Source: Balanoglossus misakiensis
Lineage: Eukaryota; Animalia; Hemichordata
Length of the DNA stretch: 64,000 nucleotides
Reading direction: 5' to 3'
NCBI GenBank assembly: GCA_040954595.2
Contig: CM082577.2
Location: 3,491,703-3,555,702 of the forward strand
In this document: positions 1-12,126 of the stretch, one piece after another
Numbering within the stretch: the first letter of the stretch is position 1
How the letters are laid out: the number at the start of each line of letters is the position of its first letter
Made by a program: the position numbers and the translations under genes
The notes under the pieces: model-generated
The model's input: only the letters and a program-made list of their open reading frames with translations
Database searches by the model: none
Told to the model about the DNA's origin: nothing

Positions 1-306
1 CCCAGCCTGAAGATCTCCAAAGTGAACAACGGCATTGTGTTGTCCTGGACGATGGCCATCGACCCGCAGTGGGCGCAGATCGAGACCTATCTCCTCTATG
101 CATACCAAGAGAGCGAGGGCCCGCCCAGCACGCTCCTCTGGAAGAAGATCGGCGACGTTCGTGCGCTGCCACTTCCCATGGCCTGCACGCTCACCCAGTT
201 CCAACCGGGGAGTGTCTATCACTTTGCTGTGTGTGCTGTCGATATTTACCAAAGAAGCGGAGCTTTCAGTGATCCGGCCCATATCGATCTAGCAAGCACC
301 AGGTAG
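1..306 (+). CDS. ATF7IP: ATF7IP/MCAF1-like, last coding exon (C-terminal fibronectin type III domain); gene begins upstream of the window
   Basis: Frame 1 is open from base 1: PSLKISKVNNGIVLSW...YLLYAYQE...WKKIGDVRALPLPMACTLTQF..G..YHFAVCAVDIYQRSGAFSDP, the characteristic ATF7IP/Windei FN3 terminus; ends TAG TAG; AT-rich 3'UTR with AATAAA at ~2582 and ~2696. Confidence 0.93.
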   Translation, partial: PSLKISKVNNGIVLSWTMAIDPQWAQIETYLLYAYQESEGPPSTLLWKKIGDVRALPLPMACTLTQFQPGSVYHFAVCAVDIYQRSGAFSDPAHIDLASTR

Positions 307-3300
307 TAGGCTGGCTCATTCCATTTCCACTCAGGGTAATATTGCTGGCCTGTCGCCAGTCCCCCGAACTTTATTGTAATTTTGTAAATGAAAGTGGACC
401 AAAATTGAAGCCATTATCTCCCACAATAACAGTATATTTTCATGATGTAACAAAGAGCTTTTTTAAGAAAGCTTGCGTGGGTGTGTGATTTTCCCCCACA
501 CACTGTCTGAAGAGTGTGAAGTCTCTGACAACCACGCACTATATATTCAGGGTATGTGCTGAATTTCCAGACTCAAAGTCTTGTTGGTCTTTTTCCAGGC
601 CAAATCAACCAGACACATTAATTGCATGAAGTGAAGTGTCCTCTTTATTTCTTCTGCTGTAACCATAATATGACAAAAACACTCTTTTCTCTGGCAACCA
701 GTTCTTATCGAGGAGAGGCAATGTTTCATGTGATTGGTCTTATCGAGTTTTTACACAAGCGTAGAGTGCAGTCTGTTAAGGGCCAGTAAATACTAGTACA
801 TGGGAAAATAGGGTGACTGCTATTAGGTACATGAACATAAACCCTGAATGATGTCATTGTTTCTAACAAGCTACTACTGCCCCTGTGTATTTCATTTGCC
901 ATGTACATACAGTTCTTTTTTTTTCCATAGATCAGACATTTTCAAGTTCTTTTAAAACAAAAACACACTCTGTCGCAAGGCTGTTTAAGTTGATGTAGCA
1001 CTTTATTAGGTCAGCCCAAGAGAGAGAAGTCGGATGAACTACATTAATGCGTAATTCTGGTGCCATTCAGTGAAAAAAGAAGTAATTAAGTTGAAAGAAA
1101 ACAATTCTGTAAGACAGCACACCATGCAGATTGTTGTTGCCAAGGTACTTTCCGGAATATTTTTCTTTCATAATGTCTATATTTGCATTCTCCTAATGCC
1201 ACTCTGTAAATCAATTTTTTTTATCAAGTGATCGTTCAGACAGTGGGCGTTTTGGCTCACAACTGTCGTACTCTGTCTATGAGGACACTCATGTGTGTCG
1301 TGTACTTTATTTTTCTACAGAGAATTAGCCTATGAAAGGTGCACAGAAAATGCAATGAATTAGGAGCACTTTATCATGGAACTGAAGTAGATTAACAAAT
1401 ATAATATAACAGGTTGTTTTCTCTATATAAATTCTGTACATTCTATTTTTAGTTCAGTTCATGCGAAGGCGATTAAGACATGTAACTCACGAGTTTTAGA
1501 ATTCTGGTAGTATTTGACTGTACTGGGTGTGGGTGTCCTTTGTGGTTTTGTAACTGGGTCTGCTAAATCGAGCTTCTTGTGTTGTTTGTTGGAGGTCCGT
1601 GGATTTTTCGGAAGGTCCTCGAGGAATTAAAAGTCCCCTCAGTGTTCCATATGGTGATAACTTTTAAGTTTTACAGTGTGCGCTGGTGTCATCCATCATT
1701 GACTCTGATTAATTCAATCAGAAGGTTGTTTGGGAGAAGTTGGAATCTGTTTAAGTTCAAATTTTGCTTCCAGGGAAAGAATCTCTGTTTTCCAACAAAC
1801 CGTGTTCAACCAGTTGTTTTATTTATATCAGTGTAAATTTCGGAGCCCTCCCAAGAGTTGTGGGCATTGATTGTGTGAATTGTACAATGATGCTTAACCC
1901 TGACCTTGGTTTTTCAGTTTGAGAGGGGCGGAGGGCAGGAATGGGGAAGACAAACGCTGCACAGACCATTGTACAGTGGTACATGTAATTAGCCTTGAGT
2001 TGACACGAGGCATGGGGAAATGTATGATGCTTGTTTTGACCCGCGGACGCTGAGATTTTTAACAGGAAGGCACGTTGCCACAGTCAACAATGAGGCCAGT
2101 ATTTGTGCATTCAGCCTACAACCCCTTAGTGTCTGTCAGGCTTTCCTATGACGATATTCACCCTGTGGTGGTATTTACTGGAGTTGTTATCAAGTGCTGC
2201 CACCAGCCCACGCACGTGTGTGCATGTCTCAAGTATTACTGTTGGGGCCTTTCATTCCAACAGCAGCTGTAAATAGGTGAAATCTGGATTCTGAACTCTC
2301 CGCGGTACACACAAAACCGTGCGCAGTCGTTTGTACTGCTGTTACTTGATTTCTTCTGCGTACATTTTCCACAGAACACTGCAGTAGTCTGCGGCCAACA
2401 TATTTCAAGAAGACGTTATGTACAAATTCGCTCCAAGCCAGAAATATTTTTCCATTATGGTGTATATAGATAAGTATTGTCTTTTAAAAAAAATGTTTCC
2501 TTTTTTTCTGTTGATTACCTTAGTTGTTATGTCCGTTAAAATTTTTATCAATAGCTTGTATTTAAGTATAATTCTTGTCTGAATAAAAACCAGTTTTTGC
2601 ACTTTTTATATCTCTGGTTGTCTAAAACTATTTCTGCATTACACATATTTTGTTCCTGCATTGTGCATGTTAAACATTTGTGCAGTGTACTTGATAATAA
2701 AAATGATTTAAACCCCCATGAGATGAACCTTGCCCAATTATTTTGTTATCATAAAAGCAGTTTCCCTTGAATGTACATGAGAACGCCTTTAGCTGAATAA
2801 GCCGTAACATTGATTGTTGTAACCTGTACATTTTGAACTGTAACGTGCTTGAATTTGGGAAAATTTTATTGTATCACTTTTGGAACCTTATGAAAAATGT
2901 ACCATGCTGTTGCACAACAAATCATTTCAAGACACTGCCTTGACTGCACTTGTAAATGTCATTGTCATGTAAGCATGCACACAAACCCAAGATTGCCATG
3001 AAGCTATAAATTGGTGGCTATATTTTGCAGGACAACCCTGGTAAGTGATTTTAATAGTTTTCACTCCAATTTAAATTTCTGACTTTTCAAAAACTTGTCA
3101 TATTAAAATGCTGTGTTACACTTGACGGCCTTCAGTGTCAATGTATTTAACAAATAGATGACTGGAAAAATTATAGTCAACTATAAAACAGAAGAAAATT
3201 GGACAAAGTGGTGCTTCCCTTTCGTAGTATAGAGCTACAAAGACAAACTTTAATGGATATATCTATTGCGTGCATTCTATGGGAAGTTTTTTTTTAATTT

Positions 3301-3555
3301 TGCAATACTCGCCATGTGAGGGCGCTCTTCATTATTTGCCAAAAAAGCTCGGGGGGGGGATTTTATTTTTACCAAACTTTAATATCAAACAAATAACCTA
3401 CAACACACACAGTTTGAGAAAGTATGGTCAACCTTTTTTCTGTTGGCTTTTACGACAGTACAGCACTTTTATTCATGATGGTAACAACTACAAAGTGTGT
3501 GTTCGGCAGACAAGATTTGGAAATATTCAGTGCGCCTCCTTGTAAGACCTTAGAT

Positions 3556-6500
3556 CTACAGTTCTGGTTCCATGGGTACAAAGGCGAAATCGTAGCTTTC
3601 TGGTACACCGACATGTGCGTCGGTAAATTGCTCGGTCCACTGGAAGGCGGGCAAGTCGGTGCCCAGTGTTGGACCATTGATGGCTTCTGATTTCAGCATC
3701 TTGGCCATGTTATAGTCTGTCACCTGCAGGGTCACAAACATCAAAAAAATTCACATCAGAATTTAAGGCAACTATCTTCTGAAGGTTGCCATGCTTTCAA
3801 ATTTTCAGTTGAAAAAATTGCCTGAATACAAAAGAAGATTAACAATCACAATACCTTGGTATCATAGCAACCATCAGCCCTGGGGTTTTCTTTGTCGAGG
3901 TCACCACGGCAACAGATTGTCTTACAGGGATTCATATCAGAATATTCATCATGAAGATAATCTACAACAAAAAGACGTTAAGTGGGTGTGGCCTGCATAA
4001 TTGAGTATTTGCATAATAAATGGCTTCCTTGAAGGAGCAACATTTCATGAAGAACCAACCAAACGTTAACTCACAAGTGGAATTTCATCTCATCAGAATA
4101 CAGAATTAGCAACCAATGTTCTTAACCCTTGACCTGAGACAAAGATCACATGCCTACAAATGGGGTTTCTTACCATTGTATCTCATCATCTTTTTCATGT
4201 CACACAAGGTGTTCACATTGCCCTGGTCTCTCTGGAAGATTTTCGCCCTTGGGGCCTGCTGGTAGGAGTAGTCATTGCCGAATTTTGCCACCATGTCAGA
4301 GTGCCCGCTGAGTTTGAAAATTTCCTCGTAGAAGGGAATGTTGTAGGATGGGAAGTAACCTGTAATGTCAAACATTTAATTACATGACTGTTAGAGTTTA
4401 TAAATACATTGGAAGCAAAGCTGACAAAATACGGCTAGATACTAGATTAAAAACGACTTCAACATGCAGATGGATGTGAATGTACTATTACCTGATGTAA
4501 GGAGAGCAGTTTGATCGCTGGCCTTTACCATTCCTGGCATCTGCTCAACAACCCACAATGCATTTTCATCGATACCTTCTTTGAGGTGAACCCGGTTGAG
4601 GTCGAGAACCATGTATTCGTTGTTGTAGGTACCTGGAATCAAAATATGCAAATAAGGTTTTATGTCAGACGATATCAAAAAGAAACATGAAATATAAAAA
4701 TTTGTCACGACATTGCGAGACGTATTCTTATGTTGGAATTCAAAGGCAGCTTTTTAAAAATTTAAGAACAGAATCCATGAAATGTCAGACAGAACTTCCT
4801 TTCATGTCCGCATGACCACTGCAGCAATTTTGGCACTCAATACTAATTTCCCTCTGAAGTGGATATGTTTTCTCTGCAAGAATTACTCACAGTGGAAAGC
4901 CCTCAACAATTACCTGAGTTATGTTTGGCCAGGATGTCAGACCATTCCTTTCCGTTGTGAGCCAGCATGTTGGCCGCCTGTACTCTGTACCACGAAAGCA
5001 TCGCTTGGGGCGTAACTTTGTCGTATAGAGAGTTGTCGTACACACCCAGCGATGTCTGAAGCATCACCAAACCGCTGCTAAGGAGGTAGAAGTCATCGAC
5101 TGACACTAAAAATCCTTTAGAAATACGGATAAGAGAATTAAAATTAACATAATATTAAACTAAAATCTTCATATTAAAAATAAATGTGTGAAGTTTGATC
5201 ATTTTGATAAATCACCAAACACCCACTAAATTCCTGGCAATCTATAGTCTATATAGATCTAGATCTTCCCTGAAAATGTTTAGAAAACTGTATGATATAT
5301 TGGTCAGGTGCATACATGATGCTGTGTCTCAAAATATCATATTAAATGTGGTCTAATACTACATTGTTTGGGGTGAAAGCGTCATATATGTCTGTTTCAT
5401 CACATATTCTGAGATTTTGCAATACTAACCTGGATAGCTTGAAAATGAGATCTGTTTTGAAGCGATGTTCATCGATCGCAAATTCAAATTGTAATGTTTG
5501 TAAATTCGCATAGTGTTTGCATACGCAAACCACGTGGAGTGTCCCATGAGAACATTCTCATATCCATCAAGCACCTGACAAAAGTCAATTTTCACCAAAG
5601 AATTACAGTGTAAGTAACAATGTATGTGTATGGCATATACCATGTAAAATAACGACAGACTTTTTTTAAAATAATATATCGATCCATTAAATATAAACTT
5701 GCAAATTCTGTAGGTCACTCACCTTTATCAGGGCAGAACAGTGACCACGGCTCATGAAATAATTCTGGAATTCCGCCGCGGTCATTTTGGACCAATCTGG
5801 TCTCGTTTCTGATGCCACAGCATTCATTATGTCACGCAAGTCACCGACAGCATTCAACATTTGGAAGGCAAACCTGTCCAGTGGCTGAGGAGTTCAGAAA
5901 TTAATTTTTGTTTTCGTTATTTTTAAAGGCAGAATTCAATGTTGGTCACATTTTGCCTATGAGTTAAAGTTCGCCAAAAAAGTCTGAGATAATTTGAAAA
6001 ATGTGTTGGATAATGTGAAAAGTCTATTTGAGTCCATTGCATGAAATTCCACCTTCGTCTTCGTCAGAGAAATAACACTGAAATAAGTTTTGCCTTGTTG
6101 CCAAACACAACTATAAACATGAATGAGTTCAGTGTGCCTTTATAAAATTTGGTCAAGTATGCGACCAAAAATTAAATGATCACAACTTTGAACCCTGAAA
6201 GGATTTAATTAGCAGACTGCAGACTGGAGTTAGTGATGTTGAGAGGGGAAAAACCAAGCCATGATGTCATTTGCAAACCTTCTTCTTGTAAGAGAAAGTG
6301 GCGTAACCATCGACCATTCCATCAAGCTGCGACAGAAGCGCCGCTGCAGCTCTCCACACTCGGTCTCTTGGATTAATCATGATCATCATCTTCATCCAAG
6401 TTTCCTGGTCGGCGAAGAATTTCCTGACTTTTTCCTCAAGCTCTTTGTTCTCTTCGTTGAAGAACAACGAATACAGGTTCTGGTAGTTCTTGTAGATTTG

Positions 6501-7704
6501 CCTGCACAGGGGAATATCAACAATGATGAAAATCATGCAGATATAATCGATTTTCATGTTTCATAATTCAAAAATGGCAGATGGGGCATTTACACTGACA
6601 CTTCTAAAATGTTGACCACTTCAACTATGCACTTACTCGGACGTGAGGGTAGCCTCCAAGTAGCCCGCGGCGTACATGGTCAGCACATCGTCCGACTGAA
6701 TTTCCCCATAGCCGGCTTTGATGTTGAGCACGCCCCAGCCAGTGCTGTTCACGCTGTTGTTGAAGCTGCCGTATGCAACCATGGTGGTGTCCAGTTTCCA
6801 TTGAATGATGGGGGTGTTACCGATGAAAGACACTGAGGCCTCATTGTAAGACGCTGGCGGGGATATTAAGACACAGACAAGATACATAAAGTCGTAAAAA
6901 TAATTGCATTTGTCGCTGTACTGTAATATATTTAGAGAAATCACTGGAAAATGGCAAGACAATTTTTCCATATCCAATCGTGAAAAGCTCCTGATGTCAT
7001 TACAAATCCATTTATTTTGCAGTAACATAATACATGTAATAGCAACTTTAAATTCTGACGACCTGTTGAGGTATCTGACTCTCAATAAAAAAACATCACG
7101 ACTTCAAAGTGCAGCAGATGCAACATATTGCAGATTTAATAAAACCAGGGAAAACACAAACTTGGTTGTCAGACACACTGCTGATGTTCCCTGATTTACA
7201 CAACAAGTAATATTTGGTTGGAAATAAAGGGACGATCGAAGTATTATACTCACTATCTTTGTGGCCAGCATATTTTGTGCGACTGAGACCCTCCCATACT
7301 GCGGCACCATTTCCTGTGGAAAAATAACAAAACTAGCAACCTGTTGCTTGCTTGTTTTGTATTCTACAAGAGTTAATATCATCGTGAAATGGGAACTGTA
7401 AAATAACTCCGGCAGTTTGGGATGTTTTGCATACTATCAGAGAACCTTTTTCTTTATTTTCTTGCAAGAAAATCGTTCATTTTATTCGTCAACAATGCAA
7501 ATATATTGTGATGTGGTAAAACACCTTCTTTTTCTGTGCAAACTGAAAAGCAAAAAAATGTGGCGTTAAAAGTCAGACATTTTTCCTTCAAACTTTCATT
7601 GAGAAATTTAGTCACTTTATAGCTGCACATTGCCATGAGCACTCACCAAGCGCCAGAATGGTCGACATCACCGCACAGAGGACGAAAATCTTGGAGACAG
7701 CCAT
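3556..7704 (-). CDS. PLBD1: Phospholipase B-like 1 (lysosomal Ntn-hydrolase), copy A, 11 coding exons
   Basis: Exons 7647-7704 (signal peptide MAVSKIFVLCAVMSTILALG), 7254-7313, 6637-6853, 6279-6501, 5723-5884 (GHCSALIK, catalytic Cys), 5430-5574 (GHSTW...FSSYPG), 4914-5114, 4492-4632 (SGTYNNEYM), 4174-4359 (YFPSYNIPFY...APRAKIFQRD), 3855-3961 (ICCRGDL...GCYDTK), 3556-3723 (AINGPT). GT-AG junctions are phase-consistent. Confidence 0.93.
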
Positions 7705-7980
7705 GTTTCTGTTAATTAACCGCTGTCGCAACTGAGTTGGCAGGGCTGACGAAGCGAGGAACGATCCCAGAACGCGATCTGAACCAAAATGAGAGTGTTG
7801 GTCGGCTTTAAAATATCCATGGCCATATGTGAGGCTTTGCATGATGGGTCACTGGCAGACATATGGTGTTTTGGCCAGAAGTGACCACATGGTTGAGCTC
7901 CAACTCCAAATATAGAGGCCGGGGCAATACAGAAATAACACTTTTTTGAACAAGATCATTATAACAAAGTCTAGACATGT

Positions 7981-10900
7981 TTTTGAAAATCGACAATTTT
8001 TCAACTTTGCGAATTTTCAAAATTTCGTCATTTTTTGAAAAAATCATGGGTTATAGCTTATGAAAATCATCCAAAATCGATAATTTTTCGACTTTGCGAA
8101 TTTTCAAAATTTGGACATTTCTTGAAAAAATCATGGGTTATAGCCCATGAAAATCATCCAAAATCGACAATTTTTCGACTTTGCGAATTTTCAAAATTTC
8201 GTCATTTTTTGAAAAAATCATGGGTTATAGCTCATGAAAATCATCCAAAATCGATAATTTTTCGACTTTGCGAATTTTCAAAATTTGGACATTTCTTGAA
8301 AAAATCTTGGGTTATAGCTCATGAAAATCATCCAAAATCAATAATTTTTCGACTTTGCGAATTTTCAAAATTTGGACATTTCTTGAAAAAATCATGGGTT
8401 ATAGCCCATGAAAATCATCCAAAATCGACAATTTTTCGACTTTGCGAATTTTCAAAATTTTGACATTTCTTGAAAAAATCATGGGTTATCGCCCATGAAA
8501 ATCATCCAAAATCGACAATTTTTCGACTTTGCGACTTTCAAAATTTTGACATTTCTTGAAAAAATCATGGGTTATAGCTCATGAAAATCATCCAAAATCG
8601 ACAATTTTTCGACTTTGCGAATTTTCAAAATTTGGACATTTCTTGAAAAAATCATGGGTTATAGCTCATGAAAATCATCCAAAATCGACAATTTTTCGAC
8701 TTTGCGAATTTTCAAAATTTCGTCATTTTTTGAAAAAATCATGGGTTATAGCTCATGAAAATCATCCAAAATCGATAATTTTTCGACTTTGCGAATTTTC
8801 AAGATTTGGACATTTCTTGAAAAAATCATGGGTTATAGCTCATGAAAATCATCCAAAATCGACAATTTTTCGACTTTGCGAATTTTCAAAATTTCGTCAT
8901 TTTTTGAAAAAATCATGGGTTATAGCTCATGAAAATCATCTAAAATCGATAATTTTTCGACTTTGCGAATTTTCAAAATTTGGACATTTCTTGAAAAAAT
9001 CATAGCTCATGAAAATCATCCAAAATCGATAATTTTTCGACTTTGCGAATTTTCAAAATTTGGAAATTTCTTGAAAAAATCATGGGTTATAGCTCATGAA
9101 AATCATCCAAAATCGACAATTTTTCGACTTTGCGATTTTTCAAAATTTGGACATTTCTTGAAAAAATCATGGGTTATAGCTCATGAAAATCCTCCAAAAT
9201 CGACAATTTTTCGACTTTGCGAATTTTCAAAATTTTTACATTTCTTGAAAAAATCATGGGTTATAGCCCATGAAAATCATCCAAAATCGACAATTTTTCG
9301 ACTTTGCGAGTTTCAAAATTTTGACATTTCTTGAAAAAATCATGGGTTATAGCTCATGAAAATCATCCAAAATCGACAATTTTTCGACTTTGCGAATTTT
9401 CAAAATTTGGACATTTCTTGAAAAAATCATGGGTTACAGCTCATGAAAATCATCCAAAATCGACAATTTTTCGACTTTGCGAATTTTCAAAATTTCGTCA
9501 TTTTTTGAAAAAATCATGGGTTATAGCTCATGAAAATCATCCAAAATCGATAATTTTTCGACTTTGCGAATTTTCAAAATTTGGACATTTCTTGAAAAAA
9601 TCATGGGTTATAGCTCATGAAAATCATCCAAAATCGACAATTTTTCGACTTTGCGAATTTTCAAAATTTCGTCATTTTTTGAAAAAATCATGGGTTATAG
9701 CTCATGAATATCATCCAAAATCGATAATTTTTCGACTTTGCGAATTTTCAAAATTTGGAAATTTCTTGAAAAAATCATGGGTTATAGCTCATGAAAATCA
9801 TCCAAAAACGACAATTTTTCGACTTTGCGAATTTTCAAAATTTGGACATTTCTTGAAAAAATCATGGGTTATAGCTCATGAAAATCCTCCAAAATCGACA
9901 ATTTTTCGACTTTGCGAATTTTCAAAATTTGGACATTTCTTGAAAAAATCATGGGTTATAGCTCATGAAAATCATCCAAAATCGACAATTTTTCGACTTT
10001 GCGAATTTTCAAAATTTCGTCATTTTTTGAAAAAATCATGGGTTATAGCTCATGAAAATCATCCAAAATCGACAATTTTTCAACTTTGCGAATTTTCAAA
10101 ATTTCGTCATTTTTTGAAAAAATCATGGGTTATAGCTCATGAATATCATCCAAAATCGATAATTTTTCGACTTTGCGAATTTTCAAAATTTGGAAATTTC
10201 TTGAAAAAATCATGGGTTATAGCTCATGAAAATCATCCAAAATCGACAATTTTTCGACTTTGCGAATTTTCAAAATTTGGACATTTCTTGAAAAAATCAT
10301 GGGTTATAGCCCATGAAAATCATCCAAAATCGACAATTTTTCGACTTTGCGAATTTTCAAAATTTGGACATTTCTTGAAAAAATCTTGGGTTATAGCTCA
10401 TGATAATCATCCAAAATCAATAATTTTTCGACTTTGCGAATTTTCAAAATTTGGACATTTCTTGAAAAAATCATGGGTTATAGCCCATGAAAATCATCCA
10501 AAATCGACAACTTTTCGACTTTGCGAATTTTCAAAATTTTGACATTTCTTGAAAAAATCATGGGTTATAGCTCATGATAATCATCCAAAATCAATAATTT
10601 TTCGACTTTGCGAATTTTCAAAATTTGGACATTTCTTGAAAAAATCATGGGTTATAGCTCATGAAAATCATCCAAAATCGACAATTTTTCGACTTTGCGA
10701 ATTTTCAAAATTTGGACATTTCTTGAAAAAATCATGGGTTATAGCTCATGAAAATCATCCAAAATCGACAATTTTTCGACTTTGCGAATTTTCAAAATTT
10801 GGACATTTCTTGAAAAAATCATGGGTTATAGCTCATGAAAATCATCCAAAATCGATAATTTTTCGACTTTGCGAATTTTCAAAATTTGGACATTTCTTGA

Positions 10901-10990
10901 AAAAATCATGGGTTATAGCCCATGAAAATCATCCAAAATCGACAATTTTTCGACTTTGCGAATTTTCAAAATTTCGTCATTTGAAAAAAC
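7981..10990. repeat. Tandem satellite array, 87-bp unit, ~34.5 copies
   Basis: Unit TTGAAAAAATCATGGGTTATAGCTCATGAAAATCATCCAAAATCGACAATTTTTCGACTTTGCGAATTTTCAAAATTTGGACATTTC repeated head-to-tail with few substitutions; 34 full units from 8035 plus a partial unit on the left; a 7-bp deletion at ~9003 and 1-bp deletions at ~8534 and ~9310. Confidence 0.98.
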
Positions 10991-12126
10991 ATTTGAAGAA
11001 GAAATACTCAGATTGTGCCTATGTTGCTGTTTTTATTTTAAAACCGCAACATCACTGGATCATCTTCTGAACACTGTACTCTGAAGTCAAATACCATTGC
11101 AGAGCACCAATGCACGTCACACACTTAAAATTCCCAAACATATTGTTGCAAGGTTTTGTAGAGAAAAAAATGGGCCGTTGCATTAATAATTCAAAGCCTT
11201 TTGGTTGCCATTTTAGGTAATAGACCATAGTTGTATCCACCATGCAGATGTCATATCATCTGGTCTTTATATATGCCAGGTCTTGCATAATGTCTCTTCC
11301 ATTTCATCAGGTCAGAAATTTCACAGTAAAAACAGAAATTACAAGCTTGCAACTTGCAGTATACACATTCATCGAGTCATTTACTGTATGGAAGGTGCCT
11401 ATTGGATGATTATACACCAGTGGAGTTTTGCTGTCCAATACCTTTCCATACACACTGTACAATACGTATGCAAATAAGGGCACATATAGTCCCGATTATG
11501 CATGTACCACCTCCTGTTTCTTCCTCAAATACGTACAGAAATGCTGGAATATTCAACCATCAGAATCACCCAACATGTAAAGTAATTCAACAAGAGAGTA
11601 AATTTAATCAGCCATTTGTTTTATTGAGAATCAGTGACAACACATTGATGTACAGATACATTAAAAGTTAACCTTTTCAACACCATGGTTCAGTCCAAAC
11701 AGATTGTCACCTATGGTAAGTTTGGACCACTAAAGATGGAACTGGGGGTGAAAGGGTTAGGTCTCTGAAAACATTCCTGGGCCTGCAGCTCCATTTTGTA
11801 TGCAAAGCTAATGACATCATTAGTTCCTCTGTTATACCATGCTTTGCAGAACAGACAACAACAGAAATATATACACATAAAAATCCTGACCATACAGTAT
11901 CATCTTTTTGGTATTTTTTTTTCAATGTCCCACAACCTTTGAAATAAAAACATGACCCACATATAAAAATACAATTCATCACCTCTGGATAAATACAATA
12001 AAATCAGAGAGCACTAGGTGGTTGTTTAAAAAATCAGAAATTATGAGGTAATTTTCCAACACACATCTAAAAAATATCCGCGACTGCTGAGCAAGTGCGG
12101 TCTACTTCCTCGCACAGTTGCAGAGG

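Noticed and set aside
7981-10990. CRISPR array
   Set aside because: No unique spacers, no cas genes, and the context is eukaryotic.
8035-11070. Long repetitive ORFs (up to 403 aa, KKSWVIAHENHPKSTIFRLCEFSKFGHFL repeats) as a repeat protein
   Set aside because: The 87-bp unit is a multiple of 3 and happens to be stop-free in one frame. The ORFs start at TTG, and the array carries frameshifts (~8534, ~9003, ~9310) and TGA variants (8461, 10540), with no splice context or sign of coding constraint.
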